Of a stretch of 64,000 bases of DNA, positions 48,217 to 55,514 are shown piece after piece (within the stretch, counting starts at the first letter, position 1; the number at the start of each line of letters is the position of its first letter). A program made the translations under genes and the position numbers. This DNA comes from a virus: positions 58,644 through 122,643 of IMG/VR virus record IMGVR_UViG_3300034061_002572; one strand, written 5' to 3'. The notes below the pieces were generated by a model. The model saw only the letters and a program-made list of their open reading frames with translations, ran no database searches and had not been told where the DNA came from.

Positions 48217-48414
48217 TTATTTTATATCTCTGCCAAATGTCAAATTATTTTTTGCGCGGATGTCTTTATGAGTAAACTGCCAGAACTCACCAGTAGATGT
48301 TATTATCACAGTATAGATAGTATCAGTCTCATACCCGTAGTCAGTAACAAGCCAAATAACCCCCGGACCTTTAGGTGTATTAACCTCTATTCTATTATGG
48401 GGCTCATACATCAT
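48217..48414 (-). CDS. Small hypothetical phage protein
   Basis: 65 aa; V.TPKG.G..WLV.DYG.E..T...TGEFW family pattern. Confidence 0.65.
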   Translation of the reverse strand: MMYEPHNRIEVNTPKGPGVIWLVTDYGYETDTIYTVIITSTGEFWQFTHKDIRAKNNLTFGRDIK

Positions 48415-49078
48415 ATCCTGTAATGTTTATGTTTTCATCTCTTGCAACAAGAGTCTTGTACAACTCCACATCAGTTGACCATTCTTTACCTGTCCAAAAT
48501 TCAAACCCAGAATAGTTAGCTTTATATTCACAGCACTTCTCATATCCACCTAAGAGATACACATACTCACAGTTCAAAAGTTTTGCAGTTTTACATTCCA
48601 TCATCTGAGCTATGGTACCCAGAGAAAGTTTAGGATCTTTATAGTCCCAGATAAACTCATAAGCTACAAATTGTTTGTTAAACACCCTGTACAAACTAAT
48701 ACCTATTAATAAATCTGTGTGATATTCAATAACATTACAATCCTTAAAACTAGCTAGATTAATATCTCTCTTAAATCCATGATATTTACAGTACTTATCA
48801 TACAACTCTTCATACTGTTCTAGATTAGCCAGTACATCTCCGTGCTCTATGGTAACATACTTAGATAACTTCTTTGTAGTTTTAGCTGGCTTGTATTCAT
48901 TAAGATCTAATCTAACACTTCGGAGGTTATACCAATAATCCTCCCATAATATCCAACCTTCTTTTATTACATCCTCCTCAGATTCATTTGGTTCTAGTAC
49001 ACCATAAGGATTTGAGAATATAAAATCCATATGTTTAATCTTACCAAACCCAGTAATATGATCAAAGTATACTTTCAT
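48404..49078 (-). CDS. ATE/Bpt-like aminoacyl-tRNA-protein transferase
   Basis: ATG at 49078; RSVRLDL..YKP.KT.KKL, YEELYDKYC..H, WDY.DPKLSLGT, YVYL, YKANY.GFE resemble the ATE/Bpt C-terminal domain. Confidence 0.7.
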   Translation of the reverse strand: MKVYFDHITGFGKIKHMDFIFSNPYGVLEPNESEEDVIKEGWILWEDYWYNLRSVRLDLNEYKPAKTTKKLSKYVTIEHGDVLANLEQYEELYDKYCKYHGFKRDINLASFKDCNVIEYHTDLLIGISLYRVFNKQFVAYEFIWDYKDPKLSLGTIAQMMECKTAKLLNCEYVYLLGGYEKCCEYKANYSGFEFWTGKEWSTDVELYKTLVARDENINITGYDV

Positions 49079-49091
49079 AGAGTAAAGATAT

Positions 49092-49310
49092 AAAAAACCC
49101 GGGTAGTAATTCTTGATCAGAGAAACTTTCCCGGGGGTGTTACTAGTTATACATGTTGGTACCATGCTTTCCCAATAACCAAAAAGACCAGATATAGTGA
49201 GCAGATCTTACGGTATGCTGTCTGGTACTTAACCTATAGTTACTAACTACAGGGGAGGTATTCTATAGCAACAGTATCACCATAGGATTCCGTTAACAAG
49301 TAACGGTGGG
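49092..49310 (-). ncRNA. Candidate ~215-nt structured ncRNA
   Basis: TATATTTG box at 49316-49323, five consecutive hairpins, terminator at 49092-49137. Confidence 0.5.
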
Positions 49311-49326
49311 GTATGCAAATATAAAC

Positions 49327-49356
49327 AAAAAACCCCGGACTGTAGCTTCCAGGATT
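49327..49356 (-). terminator. Intrinsic terminator of a tiny unit driven by TATGTTTG (49395-49402)
   Basis: AAAAAACCCCGGA...TCCAGGAT. Confidence 0.55.
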
Positions 49357-49546
49357 TAATGATAATTTAAAAGTATAACTCAAAAAAGTTAATACAAACA
49401 TAAGTTTTTCTACGGCATATAGAAAAACAATATTTAGTAGTTTGTTAGGGTCCACTACTAATACACCCCCCGGCCCTCACCCGCAAGGTGGGTACCCCCC
49501 ATAAAATTCTGACTGTATGGCACTGTTCAGCTGTACTTGCAAGAAA

Positions 49547-49581
49547 TTTTTCCTGCGGAAAAAAGTTTTATTTTTTAACTG
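49547..49581 (+). promoter_or_regulatory. Hairpin promoter candidate 1
   Basis: TTTTTCC-TGC-GGAAAAA (template loop C-GCA-G) followed by TATTTTTTAACT. Confidence 0.5.
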
Positions 49582-49606
49582 ATTTTAAATTCTAAAAAAT
49601 AAAGTT

Positions 49607-49750
49607 ATGATATCAACTACATCAGTTCAGTCTATCAAAGGTGTTCTATGTCTTGTGCAAACAATCGTTTACAAGAGTGGCAAGAAAGTTAAAAGGATAT
49701 TAGATCCTAATACCAAAATGCCAATTGACATTATAGAAGTGAAGGCTTAG
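49607..49750 (+). CDS. First early ORF, 47 aa (not in ORF track)
   Basis: MISTTSVQSIKGVLCLVQTIVYKSGKKVKRILDPNTKMPIDIIEVKA; lies between hairpin 1 and a terminator. Confidence 0.55.
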   Translation: MISTTSVQSIKGVLCLVQTIVYKSGKKVKRILDPNTKMPIDIIEVKA

Positions 49751-49764
49751 GCCTTCTTTCTTTT
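49741..49764 (+). terminator. Intrinsic terminator
   Basis: GAAGGC-TTAG-GCCTTC-TTTCTTTT. Confidence 0.7.
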
Positions 49765-49800
49765 GTCCTTCGGACCGCTTTTTATTTTATTTTTTCACTA
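49765..49800 (+). promoter_or_regulatory. Hairpin promoter candidate 2
   Basis: GTCC-TTC-GGAC-CGCTTT...TATTTTTTCACTA (template loop C-GAA-G). Confidence 0.65.
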
Positions 49801-49825
49801 AAATGGAACTTTAAATCTTTATAAA

Positions 49826-50089
49826 ATGTCAGTATTTACAAAAACACAGTCTATCGGGGTATTTGCACAAATGAATGGAATCGGCAAAATTGACCTTGTA
49901 ACAAATCCTCACAATGGGAAAACATTTGGTGTTTCAGACACAGGTGTAACATTCAGGGTTTCTAATGACGTTCAGAAACTCACAGCAGATTTGTCTGTAT
50001 CTTGGTTCACACCAAATGACGGTGATGCATCCTGGATGATTCATCCTACTGGGCAGAGTAATGTTCAGTCCTCTCTGTCCTTTGCATAA
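49826..50089 (+). CDS. Early protein, paralog A
   Basis: 87 aa; V.NPH.GK.F and SW..P.DG..SWMIH pattern reminiscent of crAss-like early proteins. Confidence 0.75.
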   Translation: MSVFTKTQSIGVFAQMNGIGKIDLVTNPHNGKTFGVSDTGVTFRVSNDVQKLTADLSVSWFTPNDGDASWMIHPTGQSNVQSSLSFA

Positions 50090-50101
50090 GGGCACAGAAA
50101 G

Positions 50102-50134
50102 AAAAGAATATCCACTTAGGTGGTATTCTTTTTT
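50102..50134 (+). terminator. Intrinsic terminator
   Basis: AAAAGAATA.CCAC-TTAG-GTGG-TATTCTTTTTT. Confidence 0.7.
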
Positions 50135-50208
50135 AGGTACTAAGCCTCGAGAGTTCTACTGTTCCAATGAGGATAGTTGATCTGAGATATCTACAGTGTG
50201 TTTCCTCT

Positions 50209-50242
50209 GTGCTGCGCACCGCTTTAAATTATTTTTCCACTA
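50209..50242 (+). promoter_or_regulatory. Hairpin promoter candidate 3
   Basis: GTGC-TGC-GCAC-CGCTTT-AAAT-TATTTTTCCACTA. Confidence 0.7.
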
Positions 50243-50284
50243 AATTTAGTTATTAATTGTTTTACTTAAATCCTAAAAGAGCTT

Positions 50285-50560
50285 ATGAGCACATTTAGCA
50301 AAACTCAAAACATCGGTGTGTTTGCACAGATGAATGGTATCAACAAGATTGATATTGTGACTAATCCTCACACAGGTAAGAACTTCGGTGTGTCTGACAC
50401 TGGACTTACTTTCCGTGTAAGTGAGAAAGTAGATACATTGACAAGAGATTTGTCAGTGAGTTACTTCACTCCTGCAGACGGGGAGCCTTCTTGGATGATT
50501 CATCCAACAGGGGAGTCTAATGTGCAGAGCACATTGGCATTTGCACCTGCTTCCAAGTAA
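50285..50560 (+). CDS. Early protein, paralog B
   Basis: 91 aa; 67/87 identical to paralog A in a manual ungapped alignment. Confidence 0.75.
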   Translation: MSTFSKTQNIGVFAQMNGINKIDIVTNPHTGKNFGVSDTGLTFRVSEKVDTLTRDLSVSYFTPADGEPSWMIHPTGESNVQSTLAFAPASK

Positions 50561-50607
50561 TTGGGAGTGGGTAGCAATACCTGCAGATTTTATTGGTTAA
50601 AGATTGA

Positions 50608-50636
50608 AACCCTAGGAGACTAGGGTTATTTTTTTT
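50608..50636 (+). terminator. Intrinsic terminator
   Basis: AACCCTAG-GAGA-CTAGGGTT-ATTTTTTTT. Confidence 0.8.
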
Positions 50637-50650
50637 ATATAATATCTCTT

Positions 50651-50684
50651 GCACTGCGTGCCGCTTTGGTCTATTTTTCCACTA
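50651..50684 (+). promoter_or_regulatory. Hairpin promoter candidate 4
   Basis: GCAC-TGC-GTGC-CGCTTT-GGTC-TATTTTTCCACTA. Confidence 0.7.
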
Positions 50685-51099
50685 GCAGGGATTATGTTTA
50701 TTATAGACAAATCTTGTAAATGTTGTAGATTTTATAGTTATTATACACATGGTGCATACTCTACTAGGAGTGCATTGATACTTTGTATACATTAATGGTG
50801 TGCTACAGAGTGTTAGTTTAATAGTGAGTATTTAACTATCCACAATTCTATAACCTCTATAACTGCTGTATTTCCTCTATATATTAAGTTTATATAATAG
50901 AATTAATATAGCTAACACAAGATTCCTCTAGTCACTTTGTTTATACTATACTATACTATCTACAATATTTAGAAGAGATGTACAGTCAGAGTATCCGGGA
51001 TTTCCAGTCACACACCAATATGGCATTAGGAATAAACCAGTCTGGTACCCGTCAAAGACCATAATTCAAACTCAAGCAAACCTTAAACACAAATAAAAC

Positions 51100-51321
51100 A
51101 TGATTACAAAAGCAGTATTCATTTGGTTATTACTTACAGGACAAGTAGAATACCAACAGAACGGAGGAGATGGCCGGAAACAATATGCACTGTTCTTTGA
51201 AGATGGAACAGTAGTAGACTATGCTTATAAAGCAGAAATACTAGAGTATATAGAAACCGGAACATTTGAATATGATGATACTTTGGATGACAAAGTAACA
51301 GATGCACATAAGGGGAAGTAA
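51100..51321 (+). CDS. Hypothetical early protein
   Basis: 73 aa; followed by the hairpin AAGGGGAA-GTAA-TTCCCCTT. Confidence 0.65.
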   Translation: MITKAVFIWLLLTGQVEYQQNGGDGRKQYALFFEDGTVVDYAYKAEILEYIETGTFEYDDTLDDKVTDAHKGK

Positions 51322-51331
51322 TTCCCCTTTA

Positions 51332-51446
51332 TACTCTCATCCAAGCAGGTAAGGATATGCTACTAGTAGATTTCGTCAATCTATTACTGTGGGCACTTAA
51401 TGGAATGACTACATCCTCAAGGGTTGCAACCTTGTGAGAGTACTAA
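51332..51446 (+). ncRNA. tRNA-like multi-stem RNA element
   Basis: 8-bp closing stem, D-arm-like TCC-AAGCAGGTAA-GGA, T-arm-like CAAGG-GTTGCAA-CCTTG. Confidence 0.45.
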
Positions 51447-51475
51447 TTAAATTATTAACCCTTAAACTTATACTT

Positions 51476-51739
51476 ATGGAAACTATTTACTGGACTATGA
51501 AGAATGGTCAGAAGATTAATGTTGATACTATGGACATTAATCACCTCCGGAATACTCTCAAGATGCTTATTAGAGCCAAGAGAGCATCAACTACACCTAA
51601 GCCTAAGTTTCAGGTGCACGGTGAGATTGCTAGTGAGTTTGCTGATATGGCAAGACTCTATGCAATTAATCCTGAACTGACTTGTACTTGTGATGAAGTA
51701 CATGTGTGTCAGCAATGTTATGAATTAGATATTAAATAA
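51476..51739 (+). CDS. Hypothetical protein
   Basis: YWTMKNGQKINVDTMDINHLRNTLKML family motif; C-terminal Cys cluster. Confidence 0.65.
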   Translation: METIYWTMKNGQKINVDTMDINHLRNTLKMLIRAKRASTTPKPKFQVHGEIASEFADMARLYAINPELTCTCDEVHVCQQCYELDIK

Positions 51740-51817
51740 AACTCTGACTATGGAAATTCTGATTATTACAGTATTGTTAATGCTGTTATTTTATTCACAA
51801 ATTAAACTAAACCAAAA

Positions 51818-51991
51818 ATGAAAAATCTGATTTTATCTTTTGTAGTAACTATGATTACTTCAATGGCAGTATTTGCCATATTATTATTCTCCCTGATTGA
51901 TATTATGGGAGAAAGTATCATTATCATTGCTTGTATTGCTTCTGTAATAACTATAGTTGTGACAGATAGATTTATGAAAAATGGAAGGTGA
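51818..51991 (+). CDS. Small two-TM membrane protein (57 aa, not in track)
   Basis: MKNLILSFVVTMITSMAVF...; overlaps its neighbours; a 23-aa hydrophobic ORF (51750-51821) precedes it. Confidence 0.5.
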   Translation: MKNLILSFVVTMITSMAVFAILLFSLIDIMGESIIIIACIASVITIVVTDRFMKNGR

Positions 51992-52739
51992 TATTACATT
52001 CCTATGGGGTCAGGATAGATATAGTGAGTATGTCACTGTAGTAAATGCTGACCCTGAGTATCAAAGACTTGTGTTTTACAGTAGAAAAATAGGAGATGTA
52101 AACTATGCAACAAGAAAGATAACTGATACTCATGTATACTGGTCTGTTAGTCAAAAGACTCCGCACTTTTACAATAACAAACTATTCTATAAGCATCAGA
52201 ATACCAGTGGTATTACTTATGACAGAAAATCTAAGAAACTAAAAGTCTGGTTTGGTCAACACATTAGATCATTTGATAATGATATCATTAAAGATATAGC
52301 AGAATATTTTAATGCTGAGTGGTATTTAGAAATTGAACATAGTATTAAATCATTAGTAAACAATACCATATTTAACCATATAATTAATGGAAAGATTAAT
52401 TGTTTAGAAGAAATATGTATTGCCTATCTTAAAACATCACCGTATAAAAATAGAGATATAGATATAAATCTTTTTTGTGATGTATTTAAAAATACTGATG
52501 CTTCACCAAAAGGTTTTTCACAATGGTTTGTTATTGCTAAAGATTGTAATGATTTACTTAATCATTTACAGAAACATGGTTTTGCAACTTATCAACTTGA
52601 ACATGTAATTAATAAATCTAGTGCATTAAATAGAAAGATTGATTTTAGTAAGAAACCTAATAATATATTAGATTTTTGTGAAAAGTATCAGAATGAAATT
52701 AAAAATCAAATAATTATTTATGAAGCTATTCAAGATTAG
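51981..52739 (+). CDS. Hypothetical protein
   Basis: 252 aa ORF. Confidence 0.65.
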   Translation: MEGDITFLWGQDRYSEYVTVVNADPEYQRLVFYSRKIGDVNYATRKITDTHVYWSVSQKTPHFYNNKLFYKHQNTSGITYDRKSKKLKVWFGQHIRSFDNDIIKDIAEYFNAEWYLEIEHSIKSLVNNTIFNHIINGKINCLEEICIAYLKTSPYKNRDIDINLFCDVFKNTDASPKGFSQWFVIAKDCNDLLNHLQKHGFATYQLEHVINKSSALNRKIDFSKKPNNILDFCEKYQNEIKNQIIIYEAIQD

Positions 52740-52799
52740 CCCTTTACAGTAGGAGGTGAAACTGTTTTTATTATTTACCGGTCAGTAAAAAAATAAACC

Positions 52800-53039
52800 A
52801 TGGGATTAAGAAAATTATTAGAAGAAAAAGAAAGCTTGGAAGATGAATTGTATATGTTACACCATGCAGAACTTCCTCCGGCAGTTTATAAACAAACTAG
52901 ACATGACATTGAATACAGGTTAGCTTGTTTAGAAGAACAAATAGAGTTTGAAGAAAGGTTCAGACCATTTAGAATTACACTCATAGTAGCTTCAGTTATT
53001 ATGATGGGTATTATGTTGTATGCACTTATTAATCTTTAA
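52800..53039 (+). CDS. Coiled-coil protein with C-terminal TM segment
   Basis: 79 aa. Confidence 0.65.
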   Translation: MGLRKLLEEKESLEDELYMLHHAELPPAVYKQTRHDIEYRLACLEEQIEFEERFRPFRITLIVASVIMMGIMLYALINL

Positions 53040-53050
53040 ATCAGAATAGA

Positions 53051-53446
53051 ATGGAAAAAGAATTTGTAAATTATGATCTAAGTTTAAGGATGAAGACTCT
53101 TGGGTTCAATGAACCTTGTTTTGGATATTATTTAGAAACAAAAGAATGGACACCAGCAAGTTATTCAAGAGAAGGAACAGTTTATCCATCTAATAGTAAT
53201 TTACTATCTGATTGGGTAGCTGCACCAACATTCTCACAAACATTTAGATGGTTTAGAGATAAGTATAATTTAGATTCATGCCTAAAACCAGAAATCATAA
53301 GTGGTAAAAAAAGTTATGACTTTTACATTTGGATTGATAATAATGAAGATTTAGAATTTGGTGTGACTAAAATATCAACTTACGAAGAAGCAGAACTTAT
53401 TTGTCTTGAAAAACTAATTGAAATTGTAGAACAAAAAGAAAAATAA
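53051..53446 (+). CDS. Hypothetical phage protein
   Basis: EKEFV.Y.L...MK.LGF.EPC...APT.SQ.FRWFR...TYEEAEL.CL.KLIEIV family pattern. Confidence 0.7.
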   Translation: MEKEFVNYDLSLRMKTLGFNEPCFGYYLETKEWTPASYSREGTVYPSNSNLLSDWVAAPTFSQTFRWFRDKYNLDSCLKPEIISGKKSYDFYIWIDNNEDLEFGVTKISTYEEAELICLEKLIEIVEQKEK

Positions 53447-53447
53447 T

Positions 53448-53993
53448 ATGGCAAGAATAGCAAAAACAGTAAAAAATGACTTAAGCACTCTTAAGCAGAG
53501 TTGTGTAGGTAAAAAGATGAAAGGTTTTAAGTTTGCTGATACAGCTAAGCAGGTTTATGTTACTGATATGAATAAGTTTATTGGTCAAGTAGGTAAAATT
53601 AAAGAGTATTATGAGGACAGTGATGAGTTTGCGGTTCAGTTTAAAGATAGTATCTGGTATTATCCAGCAACTAAAGCTCTGAAACATATTGTAGAAGAAC
53701 CAAAAGTATCTGATGAAGACTTAATAGATGTCAAACAAATAGTAGATGATGCTTATGTAGCTATGCTTAAAGAGGAAATAGAAGATCTATCAGCTAAATT
53801 AGACCAAGCTTACAAAGAACAAGAACAAATGCTTGATGAGTTAAAACAATGGATTAATGCATTTCCTGGTGCCTTTACTAAACTTATAGAACATGTAGGA
53901 CAAATTACTGAGGAAGATATTACTTATCACACTGGTATAGTTCTTAGAGTTATGGAGCACAAGTTTGGTTATAAATCTAAAACAGAAGAGTAA
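53448..53993 (+). CDS. Hypothetical protein
   Basis: 181 aa. Confidence 0.65.
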   Translation: MARIAKTVKNDLSTLKQSCVGKKMKGFKFADTAKQVYVTDMNKFIGQVGKIKEYYEDSDEFAVQFKDSIWYYPATKALKHIVEEPKVSDEDLIDVKQIVDDAYVAMLKEEIEDLSAKLDQAYKEQEQMLDELKQWINAFPGAFTKLIEHVGQITEEDITYHTGIVLRVMEHKFGYKSKTEE

Positions 53994-54018
53994 ATTATTA
54001 ATTAAAAACAAAAACAAA

Positions 54019-54483
54019 ATGAAAACAGTTAAATTTTTAGTATTAAGCCTAGTATTGGCTTCAGTTATGACATCTTGCTCAGAGAATTACTCTAATGGTG
54101 AGAGAATTGGTATGTTAACCAAGTTTTCCAAAAAGGGGTTAATTTGGGATTCCTGGGAAGGAACATTAAACACTACTCAAACAGGTATGAATTCAGCAGA
54201 ATCATTTCAGTTTTCAGTAGATAATGATGTAAATGACCCAGTAACTATTAGTAAATTAGACTCTGCTGCTAGCAAAGGTTGGAAGATTAAAATTAAGTAT
54301 CACCAAACATTTGGTTGGAATTGGTTTAATAACCGGGGTGAAACTAATTTCTTTGTCAATGAAGTAGAAGTACTTGACAGAGATCCAATTGGTAATATGT
54401 TTGGTGGACAGTCTAATAAACCCATAGGAGGTAAAGTAGTAGACACTATTTATGTTGTGATAGATAAGTCACAGCTTAAATAA
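54019..54483 (+). CDS. Lipoprotein
   Basis: MKTVKFLVLSLVLASVMTSC lipobox; YSNGERIG..TKFSKKG..W.SWEG. Confidence 0.7.
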   Translation: MKTVKFLVLSLVLASVMTSCSENYSNGERIGMLTKFSKKGLIWDSWEGTLNTTQTGMNSAESFQFSVDNDVNDPVTISKLDSAASKGWKIKIKYHQTFGWNWFNNRGETNFFVNEVEVLDRDPIGNMFGGQSNKPIGGKVVDTIYVVIDKSQLK

Positions 54484-54525
54484 CCAAGTTGCGTGCACCT
54501 ATAGCCGTATTAGACAGATAAAAGG

Positions 54526-54864
54526 TGTAATAGTCTGTCTTATTTATTAACTTTTAAACTAAAACAAAATGGCACAAATTAATTTTAAAGTAACAACATG
54601 GGAAGTAGCATATATTCCTGATGAACTTGTAGATATTGTTAAAAAAGGTATTGAAGATGGTACAATTACTTCTTCTATGGATCTTTTTGATATACCTGAA
54701 TTAGAAGAAATTGATTTTGACCTTCAGCTTTCAGATGATGGACTAGATCAATTATCTGTAGAAAAAAACAATGGAGAATATACAATTGAATTAAGAACAG
54801 ATGAAGAATATGAGTTAATTACAACTAATCTTAATTCTAATAAATAATGTAATAGTCTGTCTTA
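54526..54864. repeat. 17-bp direct repeats TGTAATAGTCTGTCTTA (54526-54542 and 54848-54864) flanking one gene
   Basis: Exact repeat read directly from the sequence. Confidence 0.85.
54569..54847 (+). CDS. Acidic hypothetical protein
   Basis: 92 aa; lies between the direct repeats. Confidence 0.65.
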   Translation: MAQINFKVTTWEVAYIPDELVDIVKKGIEDGTITSSMDLFDIPELEEIDFDLQLSDDGLDQLSVEKNNGEYTIELRTDEEYELITTNLNSNK

Positions 54865-54866
54865 AA

Positions 54867-54956
54867 ACATGTAAACCTAAGTACCCATACAGCAGTGAGA
54901 TGGGCTAAGTTATATACAATTCCTCGGAGCTGGGAGTAGAATGCTTAGGAACGTGT
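54867..54956 (+). ncRNA. Candidate three-way-junction RNA element
   Basis: ACATGT/ACGTGT, CCTAAGTA/TGCTTAGG, CCCAT/ATGGG and ATTCCT/GGGAGT stems. Confidence 0.4.
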
Positions 54957-54977
54957 CTTTTATTAACTAAAAAATGT

Positions 54978-55307
54978 ATGATTATGAAATGGTTCAGGAA
55001 ATTATTTAAAAAAAAGAGTTATCCACAGGATAATAAGTTTAAACTATGTATTATTGATGAGAAATCAGATTTAATACATGAGGTATTGGGTATTACAGAA
55101 GAAAGATGCCGGGAATTAACTAAGTTATGCCTTGAAGCATATGATGCTACTGATGCAAAAACTGAGTCATATTCTATGATTGTAGACAAATGTACACATG
55201 TCAATGAAGTTGTAATGGGCATTCAGATATTTGAAAAAATATGCTGTGAAAGAGCTAAGAAAAGAAGTTTAAGAAATTTAATGGATAATTTATTTGGCAA
55301 TGAATGA
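54978..55307 (+). CDS. Hypothetical protein
   Basis: 109 aa. Confidence 0.65.
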   Translation: MIMKWFRKLFKKKSYPQDNKFKLCIIDEKSDLIHEVLGITEERCRELTKLCLEAYDATDAKTESYSMIVDKCTHVNEVVMGIQIFEKICCERAKKRSLRNLMDNLFGNE

Positions 55308-55512
55308 TTTAATTACTTCTGTTCTTGGGATGGATCTCAAGGCAGACATTAGAGATATTAATGGTGATATTATACCAACTGGTTGTAAAAGAACTGTTCA
55401 TCCTGTAGAAAGAGTAAGTATTAAACTCCGGATGCTAGATAAAAGATTCTTTACACACTATAATGAAGCTCTGTTAAATAAAATTATTAATTACAGAAGA
55501 TTAAATGACTAG
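55300..55512 (+). CDS. Hypothetical protein
   Basis: 70 aa; overlaps the upstream gene. Confidence 0.6.
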   Translation: MNDLITSVLGMDLKADIRDINGDIIPTGCKRTVHPVERVSIKLRMLDKRFFTHYNEALLNKIINYRRLND

Positions 55513-55514
55513 TT

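Noticed and set aside
49097-49137. GAAA...CUGAUCA within the terminal stem, resembling a hammerhead core
   Set aside because: No CUGANGA consensus and no room for the required stems; better explained as a large-loop terminator
49079-49455. N-terminal extension of the ATE-like ORF to 49165 and the ORF 49243-49455
   Set aside because: They cross terminators, promoter boxes and the structured RNA; ATG 49078 is the more plausible start
49765-49775. cUUCGg RNA tetraloop reading of hairpin 2
   Set aside because: Only one flanking pair forms in that register; the 4-bp stem with 3-nt loop matches the other three copies
49547-50684. CRISPR-like reading of the repeated motifs
   Set aside because: Spacing is 200-450 bp with genes between the copies, the repeats are not identical, and no cas genes are present; the 28230 nuclease is the usual crAss PD-(D/E)XK protein
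51332-51446. Canonical tRNA gene
   Set aside because: No U8-A9 linker, no 7-nt anticodon loop, no TTC in the T loop and no CCA; kept only as a tRNA-like candidate
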